Origin: Actinomycetota bacterium
GTDB taxonomy: Bacteria; Actinomycetota; CADDZG01; JAHWKV01
Length of the DNA stretch: 64,000 bases
Assembly: GCA_035536315.1 (NCBI GenBank)
Contig: DATLOJ010000157.1
Coordinates: 617 to 64,616 of the forward strand
Direction: 5' to 3'
Numbering within the stretch: position 1 is the first letter of the stretch; the number at the start of each line of letters is the position of its first letter. Both the position numbers and the translations under genes were made by a program. This document shows, piece by piece, positions 9,176 to 19,186 of the stretch. The notes under the pieces were generated by a model, which had not been told where the DNA came from, ran no database searches, and saw only the letters and a list, made by a program, of their open reading frames with translations.

Positions 9176-10291
9176 TCACTGGTAAACAGGGTTGAGCTTG
9201 AAGATCGAGGAGCCACTGGCGAGGTAAACGATCCCATCTGGGTCGACTGCCACGTCAAGGTTGCATCCCGCTTCCGTCAAAGGCTCATCCACTCCGAGAG
9301 TGCCGTCGTCGGAAATCGGCAGTGTGTGCAGAACGCCATCATCGAACGAGCAAAACAAAAGCCGGTTGTTCAGGCCTTCGAGCGGGGAGTTCCTGACGAC
9401 GGCGATTCCGCTCATTCCGTGAGAGTCGTTGCCCGAATCCCAAATGGGATCTATGAACTTTCCCCCGCTCGGGCCGAAAGAGTCGGGATGTCCGTAGTTG
9501 CCACCCGCCGTGATCAAGTTCACCTCGTCGAAGGTAGCGGGTCCGTTTTCGACCGCGAACAGCTTCCCCGTGAGCTCGTCGAAGGCAAGCCCAAAAGGGT
9601 TTCGAAAGCCGACTGCGTACGCGGAGGATCCTGGGAACGGGTTGTCCGGCGGAACCTGTCCGTCTGGAGACAACCGAAGAATCTTGCCCACCGGTGATGA
9701 GGGGTCCTGCGCGAGCTCCGGCCGTTGGGTGTCGCCGACTCCGACGTAGAGCATCCCGTCCGGCCCAAAGGCCATGCGGCCGGCAACGTGTTTGTCCTGA
9801 GACCCGGGAATCGCGTCGAAGACTGTGGTCTGGCCTTCTGCTTTGCCGCCCGACTCCACCAAAGAGACAATCCTGTTGGATTCCGCCCCTCCGTCCGGTT
9901 TTCGTACCGTGTAGTAGACGAACAGGCGGTGGTTCTGGGCGAACTGCGGATCGAGCGCCAGGCCGACGACTCCAAACTCGCCGGTCGTTGATGCGTCGAA
10001 CTCTGCGACAGGTTCTGCCAGAAGAACCCCATCTGCGCCAATAACTCTTACAGCGCCGGCTTTCGCCTCGGCGAAGAAGATCCGTCCGTCCGGTGCGAAC
10101 TGCAACGCGAGAGGAAGGTTCAGCCCCTTTGCGATCTCCTGGACTTCGAATCGCGCTGTTGAAGCCAGTGCGCTTACGGAAGGCGACGCTGCGAGCGGGC
10201 TTGGACGATTTTCAGTGTTCTGTTGTTGCTGTGTGCAAGCGCATAGCGCCACCGCAATAAGAAGAAGGGTGCGTGCGCGGGAACGATTCAT
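9176..10291 (-). CDS. PQQ-dependent glucose/sorbosone dehydrogenase-like beta-propeller protein (secreted/lipoprotein)
   Basis: N-terminal signal (LLLIAVALCAC) followed by the SGL/GSDH-family repeat pattern. Confidence 0.7.
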   Translation of the reverse strand: MNRSRARTLLLIAVALCACTQQQQNTENRPSPLAASPSVSALASTARFEVQEIAKGLNLPLALQFAPDGRIFFAEAKAGAVRVIGADGVLLAEPVAEFDASTTGEFGVVGLALDPQFAQNHRLFVYYTVRKPDGGAESNRIVSLVESGGKAEGQTTVFDAIPGSQDKHVAGRMAFGPDGMLYVGVGDTQRPELAQDPSSPVGKILRLSPDGQVPPDNPFPGSSAYAVGFRNPFGLAFDELTGKLFAVENGPATFDEVNLITAGGNYGHPDSFGPSGGKFIDPIWDSGNDSHGMSGIAVVRNSPLEGLNNRLLFCSFDDGVLHTLPISDDGTLGVDEPLTEAGCNLDVAVDPDGIVYLASGSSIFKLNPVYQ

Positions 10292-10422
10292 GGCCGGCGG
10301 ATCATGCTCGATTGTGAGTTCGACGGCAACGGCTCCAATAGTTGTTTTGTCTCAGGGCGCCCGTGTTCAGGCCAAGTACAATCGAAATGTCTTTTCACCA
10401 AATTCAATCCAAGGGGAATGCT

Positions 10423-11307
10423 ATGGCTGAAACAGGAACTGCTCGAGTAAAGCGCGGGCTTGCCGAAATGCTAAAGGGCGGCGTCATCATGGACGTCACC
10501 ACCGCGGAAGAGGCGGTCATCGCGGAAGAGGCCGGGGCGGTTGCCGTAATGGCTCTGGAGCGTGTGCCTGCCGACATCCGAAGGGACGGCGGGGTCGCCC
10601 GAATGGCCGATCCGAAAAAGGTCGCGGAGATCATGGAGGCAGTGACCATCCCCGTCATGGCGAAGGCCCGCATCGGGCACTTCGCCGAAGCTCAGATATT
10701 GCAATCTCTGGGCGTCGACTACATCGATGAGTCGGAGGTTCTCACACCCGCAGATGAAAGCTTCCACATCGACAAATGGGGTTTTACGGTTCCATTTGTT
10801 TGTGGCGCAACCAACATGGGCGAGGCCCTTCGCCGAATTGGTGAGGGGGCTGCGATGATTCGCTCGAAGGGCGAGGCGGGCACCGGCAACATAGTGGAAG
10901 CGGTGAGGCACCTGCGCTCGATCATGGGAGAAGTAAGGCGCCTCCACGCCGTGCCTCCAGAAGAGCTGATGACTGCCGCCAAGCAGATCGGGGCTCCTAT
11001 CGAACTTATTAGGGAAGTAGCAGAAAAGGGACGCCTGCCCGTTGTTTTGTTTTGTGCCGGAGGAATCGCGACACCCGCAGATGCTGCTCTGGTCATGCAG
11101 CTGGGGGCCCAGGGAGTCTTCGTCGGATCAGGGATCTTCAAGAGCGAAGATCCGGCCCCCCGAGCCAGGGCAATGGTCGAAGCCACCACGTACTTCAACG
11201 ACCCGGACGTGCTTGCCAAGATATCGAGCGGACTCGGCGAGCCCATGCGCGGGCTCGACCTTCGTGATATCCCCGCCGAGGAAAGATTGGCGTCGCGCGG
11301 ATGGTGA
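10423..11307 (+). CDS. pdxS: pyridoxal 5'-phosphate synthase lyase subunit
   Basis: Highly conserved PdxS sequence ([35 protein letters not shown]). Start is moved to the ATG at 10423, which has an AAGGGG ribosome-binding site. Confidence 0.95.
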   Translation: MAETGTARVKRGLAEMLKGGVIMDVTTAEEAVIAEEAGAVAVMALERVPADIRRDGGVARMADPKKVAEIMEAVTIPVMAKARIGHFAEAQILQSLGVDYIDESEVLTPADESFHIDKWGFTVPFVCGATNMGEALRRIGEGAAMIRSKGEAGTGNIVEAVRHLRSIMGEVRRLHAVPPEELMTAAKQIGAPIELIREVAEKGRLPVVLFCAGGIATPADAALVMQLGAQGVFVGSGIFKSEDPAPRARAMVEATTYFNDPDVLAKISSGLGEPMRGLDLRDIPAEERLASRGW

Positions 11308-11879
11308 ACAAGCTCATCGGCGTTCTTGCGCTGCAAGGGGATTTTGCCGAGCACGTCGGACTTCTGCGGTCATGCGGATACAGATGCCAAGAAGTAAGAA
11401 ACATTCACGACCTCGATGCTTCAGACGCCCTCGTCATTCCGGGCGGCGAGTCAACGGCAATCATCAAGCTGATTGACCGCTGGGCACTCAGGGAGCCACT
11501 CGTGAAAAGGATCGAATCGGGGATGCCGGTCTTTGGGACCTGCGCGGGGGCCATCATCCTGGCCCGCGCATCTTCGGATGGAGAGGCCCCCCTGGGTGTG
11601 CTCGACATATCGGTGACGCGCAACGCTTATGGGAGACAGACGGAATCGTTCGAGGCCGAGGTCGCTTCCCCGCATTTCGACGGCGCGCTGAAGGGTGCCT
11701 TCATCAGGGCGCCGGTCATAACGGATGTCCCTCCTCAGGTCGAGGTGCTGGCGGAGTACGGCGGTGATCCCGTCCTCGTCCGAAAGGACCACCTTCTTGC
11801 CTCCACGTTCCACCCAGAGATCGCCGGTGAGACGCGGGTGCACCGCTTCTTCCTCGAGGTCGTGTGTTCGTCGAACTGA
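11301..11879 (+). CDS. pdxT: PLP synthase glutaminase subunit
   Basis: Class I glutamine amidotransferase with GTCAG at the catalytic Cys. Overlaps the pdxS stop. Confidence 0.93.
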   Translation: MVNKLIGVLALQGDFAEHVGLLRSCGYRCQEVRNIHDLDASDALVIPGGESTAIIKLIDRWALREPLVKRIESGMPVFGTCAGAIILARASSDGEAPLGVLDISVTRNAYGRQTESFEAEVASPHFDGALKGAFIRAPVITDVPPQVEVLAEYGGDPVLVRKDHLLASTFHPEIAGETRVHRFFLEVVCSSN

Positions 11880-11886
11880 CGTCCTG

Positions 11887-12636
11887 ATGTCCGGCCATTC
11901 GAAGTGGGCGACCACAAAACACAAGAAAGCCCTGGTCGATTCTCGGCGGGGTAAGCAGTTTGCAAAGGCTCTTCGAATGATCGAAGTCGCCGCCAGGGAG
12001 GGCGGGGGGAACCCAGCGTCCAACCCAACTCTGGGCGACGCAATCTCCCGCGCAAGGGATGTGAGCGTTCCGAACGACACCATCGAAAGAGCCGTCAAGA
12101 GAGGTACCGGCGAGCTCGAAGGGGTGAAGTACGAAACCCTTACTTACGAGGGGTACGCCACGGGAGGCGTGGCGGTCATGGCCCTGGTGATGACCGACAA
12201 CAGAAACCGGGCAGCCGCCGAAGTTCGGAAGATATTTACCAAGAACGGCGGCTCTCTCGGCGACCCCGGCTCGGTCGCGTGGGTGTTCCACAAGAAGGGA
12301 GTCGTTCTGGTTCCCGCCGAAGCGGCATCGGAAGACGACCTGCTTGCAATAGCAACCGAAGGCGGCGCAGAGGATCTGAACAGGGAGGGCGATTCCTGGG
12401 AGATCACATCTTCCCCGGAGACGCTGGCGAAGCTTAGATCCGCGATAGAGGCAGCAGGACTTCCCATCGAGAATTCACAGCTCACTATGCAGCCCTCGAC
12501 GACGGTCGCGGTTCCGGCGGAAGATGCCGCGAAGGTGCTCCGGCTCCTCGAGGAGCTCGAGGATTCAGACGACGTCCAAGAGGTCTACTCGAACTTCGAC
12601 ATTCCCGACGAGGTCCTTGCCGGCCTGACCTCCTGA
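11887..12636 (+). CDS. yebC: YebC/PmpR family DNA-binding regulator
   Basis: N-terminus MSGHSKWATTKHKK is diagnostic. The gene precedes ruvCAB, as is typical. Confidence 0.93.
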   Translation: MSGHSKWATTKHKKALVDSRRGKQFAKALRMIEVAAREGGGNPASNPTLGDAISRARDVSVPNDTIERAVKRGTGELEGVKYETLTYEGYATGGVAVMALVMTDNRNRAAAEVRKIFTKNGGSLGDPGSVAWVFHKKGVVLVPAEAASEDDLLAIATEGGAEDLNREGDSWEITSSPETLAKLRSAIEAAGLPIENSQLTMQPSTTVAVPAEDAAKVLRLLEELEDSDDVQEVYSNFDIPDEVLAGLTS

Positions 12637-12732
12637 ACCCCGCCCCCCCCGGCGGGAGTGTCAAATCCCTCAATGCGTCACCGCCGCTGGCTATCATCGA
12701 CAAACACTTGTTCGATTTGCAGGAGGGAACGC

Positions 12733-13230
12733 GTGGGAACCACGGTTATAGGGATTGACCCGGGTCTAACCCGCATGGGTTTTGCCGTCGTCAGGCAGGA
12801 CGGCTCATCCCTGCGCTCGATTGACTGCGGAGCGATCACCACGGCAGCCGAGCTCCCACTGGAGTCGAGACTCGACCGGCTCTTCACCTGCCTTACCGTG
12901 CTCATGACTGAGCACGCCCCTCATGCAATCGCGGTCGAGCGGGTCTTTCTCAACAAGAATGCTCTAAGCGCCATCGGCTCCATACAGGCCAGCGGAATTG
13001 CGCTTCTTGCGGCCGCGCGATGCGGTGCTCCGGTGACCGTGTACAGCCCCGCTCAGGTCAAGCAAGCAGTCGTGGGAACCGGGTCGGCGTCAAAGGATCA
13101 GGTGAGGTACATGGTCGAACGGATCGCTCCGGGGGCAAAACCTGCTTCGCCAGATGCCGCCGATGCCATCGCTATTGCAATAACCCACCTTGCACTTAGG
13201 CGGCACATGGCTCTGGAGGAAGTCAGATGA
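12733..13230 (+). CDS. ruvC: Holliday junction resolvase RuvC
   Basis: IGIDPGLTRMGFAV catalytic N-terminus. A GTG start is preceded by an AGGAGGG ribosome-binding site. Confidence 0.9.
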   Translation: MGTTVIGIDPGLTRMGFAVVRQDGSSLRSIDCGAITTAAELPLESRLDRLFTCLTVLMTEHAPHAIAVERVFLNKNALSAIGSIQASGIALLAAARCGAPVTVYSPAQVKQAVVGTGSASKDQVRYMVERIAPGAKPASPDAADAIAIAITHLALRRHMALEEVR

Positions 13231-13793
13231 TCACCTCTCTTTCCGGAACCATCATGTCGGTCGGAACAACGGGGGCCGAGGTGGATGTGAACGGCGTCGG
13301 CTATTGGGTGTATTTGCCCGGCAACTTCCTTGCGTCGGTCACTGTCGGCCAGACCGTGCGGATGCCGGTGCATCTGGTTGTGCGCGAAGACTCCATGACC
13401 CTCTACGGTTTTGCGGACTCTTCGCAGCGCGAGACCTTCAGAGCCTTGATAGGCACGAATGGGGTCGGACCAAAGCTCGCCCTATCCATACTCTCCGTTC
13501 TTTCCCCCGAGTCGTTGAGGAGAGCCGTGACGACCGGCGACCATGCCCAGCTGACATCAGTGCCCGGGATCGGAAAGCGCGTTGCAGAGCGAATTGTCGT
13601 GGAGCTCAAAGAAAAGCTGGGCCCGTCGATAGAGCTCGCATCCTCTTCGAGCGCGGTGGGGGAGGCCCGTGAAGCACTGCTCGGCCTCGGATACACCCCC
13701 GCCGAAGTCAGAGACGCGCTCGCGGCCTGCGAGGAGACGGAAGCTGTCGAGAACATCGTGAAGTCCGCCTTGAAGGAGCTTGCCAAAGTATGA
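13227..13793 (+). CDS. ruvA: Holliday junction helicase subunit RuvA
   Basis: OB fold, HhH motifs and C-terminal domain; ATGA overlap with ruvC. Confidence 0.93.
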   Translation: MITSLSGTIMSVGTTGAEVDVNGVGYWVYLPGNFLASVTVGQTVRMPVHLVVREDSMTLYGFADSSQRETFRALIGTNGVGPKLALSILSVLSPESLRRAVTTGDHAQLTSVPGIGKRVAERIVVELKEKLGPSIELASSSSAVGEAREALLGLGYTPAEVRDALAACEETEAVENIVKSALKELAKV

Positions 13794-14800
13794 GAGAGGA
13801 AAGGGTTTTGGCCCCCCTGCCCGAAAGCGAAGACATCGAAGCGGAGTCCAGTCTTCGGCCGAAGCGGCTCGATGAATTCGTTGGGCAGAGCTCGACCAAA
13901 GAGCATCTTTCGATCATTCTCGACGCGGCGCGGGCTCGTGGAGAGTCTGCGGACCACCTGCTTCTCGCCGGCAGCCCCGGACTTGGGAAAACGACCCTTG
14001 CCCACATTGTGGCCAACGAGCTCGGCGCGGCCCTGAAGATCACTTCCGGCCCCGCGCTGGAGCGGGCCGGAGACCTCGCGGCGATTCTCACCAACTTGGA
14101 GCCCAATGAAGTGCTGTTTATCGACGAGATTCACAGGCTCTCGAGGCCGGTGGAAGAGGTGCTCTATCCCGCTATGGAAGATTTCAGGCTGGACCTTGTG
14201 ATTGGGAAGGGACCCGCGGCCCGGTCCATAAGGCTGGAGCTTCCCGATTTCACATTGATCGGAGCCACGACTCGAACCGGCCTGCTTACGTCACCGCTGC
14301 GCGACAGATTTGGGTTCGTAGGACGGCTCGACTTCTATGAACCGGAGGAGCTCGTCGCGATTGTTATTCGGTCCGCGTCTATTCTCGGGATAGTCCTCGA
14401 GGAGCCCGCTGCAAGAGAAATCGCCTTGAGATCGCGTGGGACTCCCCGAGTTGCAAACCGCTTGCTCAGACGGGTGAGGGACTTTTCAGAGGTTCGAGCG
14501 AAGGGAAAGATCACTCTTGATGTTGCATCGGATGCCTTGACGCTGTTTGAGGTGGACATGGCCGGACTGGACAAGGTCGACAACGCAATCCTTACGACCC
14601 TTGTCAGGAAATTCCGGGGAAAGCCGGTAGGTCTTGGCACATTGGCAGCGTCTGTGGGAGAGGAGCCGGATACGGTGGAAGATGTCTACGAGCCTTACCT
14701 GCTTAGAAAAGGACTCATAGCCAGGACGCCTCGCGGGCGAGTAGCCACAGCGGCGGCCTTCGAGCACCTTGGCCTGGTGGACGTGGAGCGGCTGCTTTGA
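13790..14800 (+). CDS. ruvB: Holliday junction helicase RuvB
   Basis: AAA+ motifs [11 protein letters not shown] (Walker A) and LFIDEIHR. Confidence 0.96.
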   Translation: MREERVLAPLPESEDIEAESSLRPKRLDEFVGQSSTKEHLSIILDAARARGESADHLLLAGSPGLGKTTLAHIVANELGAALKITSGPALERAGDLAAILTNLEPNEVLFIDEIHRLSRPVEEVLYPAMEDFRLDLVIGKGPAARSIRLELPDFTLIGATTRTGLLTSPLRDRFGFVGRLDFYEPEELVAIVIRSASILGIVLEEPAAREIALRSRGTPRVANRLLRRVRDFSEVRAKGKITLDVASDALTLFEVDMAGLDKVDNAILTTLVRKFRGKPVGLGTLAASVGEEPDTVEDVYEPYLLRKGLIARTPRGRVATAAAFEHLGLVDVERLL

Positions 14801-15015
14801 TCGGTTCTCTCGGCAGAGTGTTTGTTGCTCTTGGCCTGTGCCTCTTGATCGCCGGCGGTCTGATGATTCTGCTCGGTAAGAGCGGCCTCCAATCAATGCC
14901 CGGCGATCTTTCGTTCGGCCGTGGAAACTGGCGCGTTTTCGTCCCCATCGGCACTTCGATTGTCCTTTCGATAATTCTGACGCTCATTCTCTGGATGTTC
15001 AGCGCGCGCCGTTGA
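14797..15015 (+). CDS. DUF2905 small membrane protein
   Basis: 72 aa with two transmembrane helices and the [21 protein letters not shown] core. TTGA overlap with ruvB. Confidence 0.7.
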   Translation: MIGSLGRVFVALGLCLLIAGGLMILLGKSGLQSMPGDLSFGRGNWRVFVPIGTSIVLSIILTLILWMFSARR

Positions 15016-15105
15016 GGCCCACTTAGACGCTCGCCAAGCCCGCTCTCAAAAACGCTTAACCCAGGTTGTGGTTAGGCTTGGCCGCCCACCAATCAAGGAG
15101 ACTCA

Positions 15106-15414
15106 ATGAACGCGACCAACCTCATAACACTGGCCGTCATGGTTGGTGTCTTTTATCTACTACTCATAAGACCCCAACAAAGGCGTCTGAAGCAGCACCA
15201 GTCACTGGTCTCTGGCCTGCAGGTCGGTGACGAGGTCGTTACCGTGGGAGGCCTCTACGGATTCATTCAACGCCAGGACGACTCGACAGTTTGGCTGGAG
15301 ATTGCCGACGGGGTGGTTGCCCGATATTCGAAGCAGGCAATAAGCCGCACGATCACCGCAATCGAAGAGGATGAGCCCGAGGGGGAGGAACTACCCCCGG
15401 CTACAGAATCCTGA
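15106..15414 (+). CDS. yajC: preprotein translocase subunit YajC
   Basis: Single transmembrane helix plus the conserved LIRPQQRR..LQVGDEVVTVGGLYG. AAGGAG ribosome-binding site upstream. Confidence 0.9.
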   Translation: MNATNLITLAVMVGVFYLLLIRPQQRRLKQHQSLVSGLQVGDEVVTVGGLYGFIQRQDDSTVWLEIADGVVARYSKQAISRTITAIEEDEPEGEELPPATES

Positions 15415-15444
15415 TTCAACTAGCGGCTATTAAGGTCTGAAATC

Positions 15445-17964
15445 GTGAGGAAGACCAGTCGTCACATCACCTCGATCGTCATCGTCCTTGTGGCGGTCGC
15501 CGTGCTTTCAGGTGTGATTCTTGTGACCGAGCTCGAGCCCAAGCTCGGCCTGGATTTGCGTGGGGGCCTGGCGTTAACCCTGACCGCTCCCGCGGGAACC
15601 AGGGATGACGTTCTGGACAAAACCGTGGAAGTCCTGCGCGCCCGGGTCGACGCACTCGGAGTGGCCGAGCCCGACATATCCAGGGAAGGGTCGACCAACG
15701 TCCTGATTCAGGTGCCCGGAACTTCAGACAGGGCCAGACTTCTCGACCTTATTGGGAGAACGGCCCAGCTTCAGTTCCGCCAGGTCAAACAAGTGATCCC
15801 CGAGGGAGATCCCGCCTTTGTTACCGGGACGGTTGTACCGAGCGAAGACCCGGCTGCCGAGGCGATCCTGCCGGACGCCGAGGGGTCGACACAGTTCCGG
15901 CTTGGGCCGGTGGAGCTGACCGGGGCCGGCGTGCAAAGGGCTTCCGCCATCGTGGACACGGGTGCGGTCGGCGGCGGCTGGAGAGTCGATGTCGAGTTCG
16001 ACAAGACGGGCGCTGACAAGTGGAAGGAGTTCACCGGAAGGCTTGCATGTCTTCAGGGTCCCGAGCGTCAGATCGCGATCATTCTCGATGACAGGGTCGA
16101 GTCTTCACCCCAGGTGGGTGAAGAAGTCCAGTGCAACGACGGCCTGACCGACACCGTGATTACGGGAGGGTTCACCGAGAAGGAAGCGAAGGACCTTGCA
16201 CTCGTTTTGACGACGGGTGCCTTGCCGGTGAAGCTCGAAAGGTCGGAGGTCAGGACGGTGAGCCCCACCCTTGGAAGCGATTCACTGAGGGCCGGCCTGC
16301 TCGGTGGGGCGCTGGGACTGGCTCTTGTTCTTCTCTACGTCCTCATTTACTACCGGACTCTCGGTCTTCAGACCTGGCTGGGTCTGCTGGCATTTTCTTC
16401 ACTCATCTACTCATTGATCGTCCTGTTCGGAGCGTGGATTGGCTGGAACCTGACGCTGGCCGGCATTGCCGGTCTGATGGTTTCCGTAGGGGTTGCCACT
16501 GACTCGTACATCGTGTTCTTCGAGCGAGTGAAGGAGGAGGTGCATGAGGGTAGGAGCCTTCCGGCTTCCGTAGACAGGGGCTTCAAGCACGCATGGCGCA
16601 CCATGCGTACCGCCAACACGGTGACGATCCTTGCTGCGGTAGTGCTGTACTTTCTGGCAGTCGGGCCGGTCAGAGGATTCGCCCTTGCTCTTGGGATGGC
16701 GACGCTCTTGGACCTGGCCGTCACATACGCGCTCACGTGGCCTCTCGCGGCACTACTCGCAAGAAGTCGATTCTTCGCCGAGGGTCGCTTCATCGGAATG
16801 AGGCGTGCCCTTGAAGGAAAGAAGTCCGACGACGGAAAGACGAGCGTTCTTACAAAGATCTACCGCAGCGAGTTCAACATCGACTTCATCGGGAAGCGCA
16901 AGCTTTGGATGTTGATCTCAGGAGTCCTCGTTTCGATCTCCGTCCTGGCCCTAATACCAGGACTCAGGGGTTTGACCTATGGGATCGATTTCAAAGGAGG
17001 GACCCTCCTGCGCTCTCCGCGCGATACATCCGTTTCGATTCCGGAGATGAGAGAGGCCCTTAGCATCGCGGGCGTCGAGAACCCCGTTGTGCAGGTAGTC
17101 GGAGACTTCAAGGGCCGCTCCGAGTTTCAGATCCAGTCGGAAGAGCTGGAAGGTGCCGAGCTCGACAAGACCATTGCTGCGGTCGCATCCGCGAACAAGG
17201 TCGACGAGAACCAGGTCGACACGGAGTCCGTCGGGCAGAAGTGGGGGCAGCAGATCACGACGAAAGCGCTTCGCGGCCTGGCCATCTTCATCCTTCTGGT
17301 CATCCTCTACATGTCCTGGCGGCTCGAGCCGAAAATGGCTCTTGCCGGCATCATGGCCCTTCTGCACGATCTGCTTCTGACGGCGGGGGTATACGCGATC
17401 GTCGGCTTCGAGGTGACTCCGGCCACGGTAATCGCGACTCTGACGATTCTTGGTTACTCCCTTTACGACACGGTGGTCGTCTTTGACAAGATCCGAGAGA
17501 ACCAGGCATTGCCGGCCTATGCGAAGAAGTCATTCGCGGAGATATCCAACGCGTCGACCAACCAGGTCTTCATGCGTTCGATAAACACTTCGCTAACCGT
17601 CCTTCTGCCGGTCGGCAGCCTCCTGTTTGTCAGCAGCTTCCTGCTGGGAGCGGAGACCTTGAAGGACCTTTCACTCGCGTTGTTCGTCGGCGTTGCGGCA
17701 AGCACCTACTCTTCGGTGTTCGTGGCGACTCCTCTTCTCTCGTTCTGGAAAGAGAAGGAATCGCGATACGCGGGGCTTCGGCCACGAATGAAGAGCCAAA
17801 CGGTGCCGCTGAAAGCAACACCAGCGCCCGTGACTGCCCAGGGAGAGGGAGCAGCTGCCGCACCGGCAGCGTCAAGGCCCAAGGGGCCGACGACCGGCGA
17901 CCACGTAGTTCGGGCACAGCGCAAGAAACAGAGTCGAAGCAAGAGGAAGAAAAAACGCCGTTAG
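15445..17964 (+). CDS. secDF: fused protein-export membrane protein SecDF
   Basis: 839 aa containing both the SecD and SecF periplasmic and transmembrane halves in one ORF. The C-terminus is a K/R-rich tail (RKKQSRSKRKKKRR). Confidence 0.9.
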   Translation: MRKTSRHITSIVIVLVAVAVLSGVILVTELEPKLGLDLRGGLALTLTAPAGTRDDVLDKTVEVLRARVDALGVAEPDISREGSTNVLIQVPGTSDRARLLDLIGRTAQLQFRQVKQVIPEGDPAFVTGTVVPSEDPAAEAILPDAEGSTQFRLGPVELTGAGVQRASAIVDTGAVGGGWRVDVEFDKTGADKWKEFTGRLACLQGPERQIAIILDDRVESSPQVGEEVQCNDGLTDTVITGGFTEKEAKDLALVLTTGALPVKLERSEVRTVSPTLGSDSLRAGLLGGALGLALVLLYVLIYYRTLGLQTWLGLLAFSSLIYSLIVLFGAWIGWNLTLAGIAGLMVSVGVATDSYIVFFERVKEEVHEGRSLPASVDRGFKHAWRTMRTANTVTILAAVVLYFLAVGPVRGFALALGMATLLDLAVTYALTWPLAALLARSRFFAEGRFIGMRRALEGKKSDDGKTSVLTKIYRSEFNIDFIGKRKLWMLISGVLVSISVLALIPGLRGLTYGIDFKGGTLLRSPRDTSVSIPEMREALSIAGVENPVVQVVGDFKGRSEFQIQSEELEGAELDKTIAAVASANKVDENQVDTESVGQKWGQQITTKALRGLAIFILLVILYMSWRLEPKMALAGIMALLHDLLLTAGVYAIVGFEVTPATVIATLTILGYSLYDTVVVFDKIRENQALPAYAKKSFAEISNASTNQVFMRSINTSLTVLLPVGSLLFVSSFLLGAETLKDLSLALFVGVAASTYSSVFVATPLLSFWKEKESRYAGLRPRMKSQTVPLKATPAPVTAQGEGAAAAPAASRPKGPTTGDHVVRAQRKKQSRSKRKKKRR

Positions 17965-17992
17965 GCCGGCGACCCACCCTGAAACAAAAGAC

Positions 17993-19078
17993 CTACTGGA
18001 CCGGCGATCTCCGTGAATCCTGATTCAATCGCTGGAGAATTTGGGCTTCAGCGGCTAAGAACGCGCTGACCACATCAGGGTCGAACTGCGAACCCGAGTG
18101 ACGAGTGATCTCGTCCATTGCAACCTCCACCGGCAGTCCCTTGCGATATGGGCGGTCGCTTGTCATCGCATCGAACGCATCGGCTACTGCGAAGACGCGG
18201 GCTCCGACAGGGACGTCTTCCCCGGCGAGCCTGTTCGGGTAGCCTTCGCCGTCCCACCGCTCATGGTGAGCCATGACCACGTTGATCGCGTGCGGGTGCA
18301 GGAACCTGGCAGGTTCCAGAATCTTCGATCCCATGACCGGATGCTGCTTCATGATTGCCCACTCGCTCTCGTCAAGAGGCCCCGGCTTCATCAGGATCTG
18401 TTCTGGGATGCCGATCTTTCCAACATCGTGTAGCAGAAAGCCGAACACTATGGATTCCTCTTCCAGTAGCTCTGGAAGGAAGGATCTGGCGATAATCGTT
18501 GCGTAGTCTTGAACGCGTTTCGCATGGTTGCCCGTCTGGTCGTCCTTGGTCTCCAAGGCGGCGGCGAGCGACTGAACGGTGGATAGATAGCTTGTGTGCA
18601 GCTCTTCGGCCCTCTGTTCTGCATGCCGATAAAGTCGTCCCAGCTCCGTCATGACGGCCGACGTCAGGTCTCTGGATAGAACCGACTGCCCCTTTGCTGC
18701 CCATTGAAGTGCTTCGACGAAATCATCCGCGGCGATCCCCTTGAGCAGATATCCAAACGCGCCGGCAGCGATCATCTCGGTAATGAACTTTGGTTCTTCG
18801 TGGGTTGTCCAAGCGATGACTCGCATTTCCGGATAGCGGTCCGCAATAATCCTTGTGGCCATTATTCCGCTCAGGCCCGGCATGTCGACATCCATCAGTA
18901 CGAGGTTCGGCTGGCAAGTGCCGATCATCTCCAAAGCCTCCGGTCCTCCGGCGGCCTCGCCAACTAGCTCGAAGTCGGGGTGTGGTTCAAGGATCTCGCG
19001 CACAAGAACGCGGAACTGCGGGACATCGTCCACGACCAGCACTCGAACTTTGACAGGACTCTGTTCAGGCAAGACCAT
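17993..19078 (-). CDS. response regulator with receiver and HD-GYP phosphodiesterase domains (RpfG-like)
   Basis: REC domain (VLVVDD, phospho-acceptor context LVLMDVDMPG) followed by an HD-GYP domain (HDVGK...HHERWDGEGYP). Confidence 0.85.
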   Translation of the reverse strand: MVLPEQSPVKVRVLVVDDVPQFRVLVREILEPHPDFELVGEAAGGPEALEMIGTCQPNLVLMDVDMPGLSGIMATRIIADRYPEMRVIAWTTHEEPKFITEMIAAGAFGYLLKGIAADDFVEALQWAAKGQSVLSRDLTSAVMTELGRLYRHAEQRAEELHTSYLSTVQSLAAALETKDDQTGNHAKRVQDYATIIARSFLPELLEEESIVFGFLLHDVGKIGIPEQILMKPGPLDESEWAIMKQHPVMGSKILEPARFLHPHAINVVMAHHERWDGEGYPNRLAGEDVPVGARVFAVADAFDAMTSDRPYRKGLPVEVAMDEITRHSGSQFDPDVVSAFLAAEAQILQRLNQDSRRSPVQ

Positions 19079-19186
19079 TCAATGTCTTTCTCTCAACTGA
19101 TCTTTTGCCACACCGACCCTTAACTATAAGACCGGTAGCCAATGCTAGGCGTGCTTTAATGGATGACCTTCTCCGCTAGGAACTTC

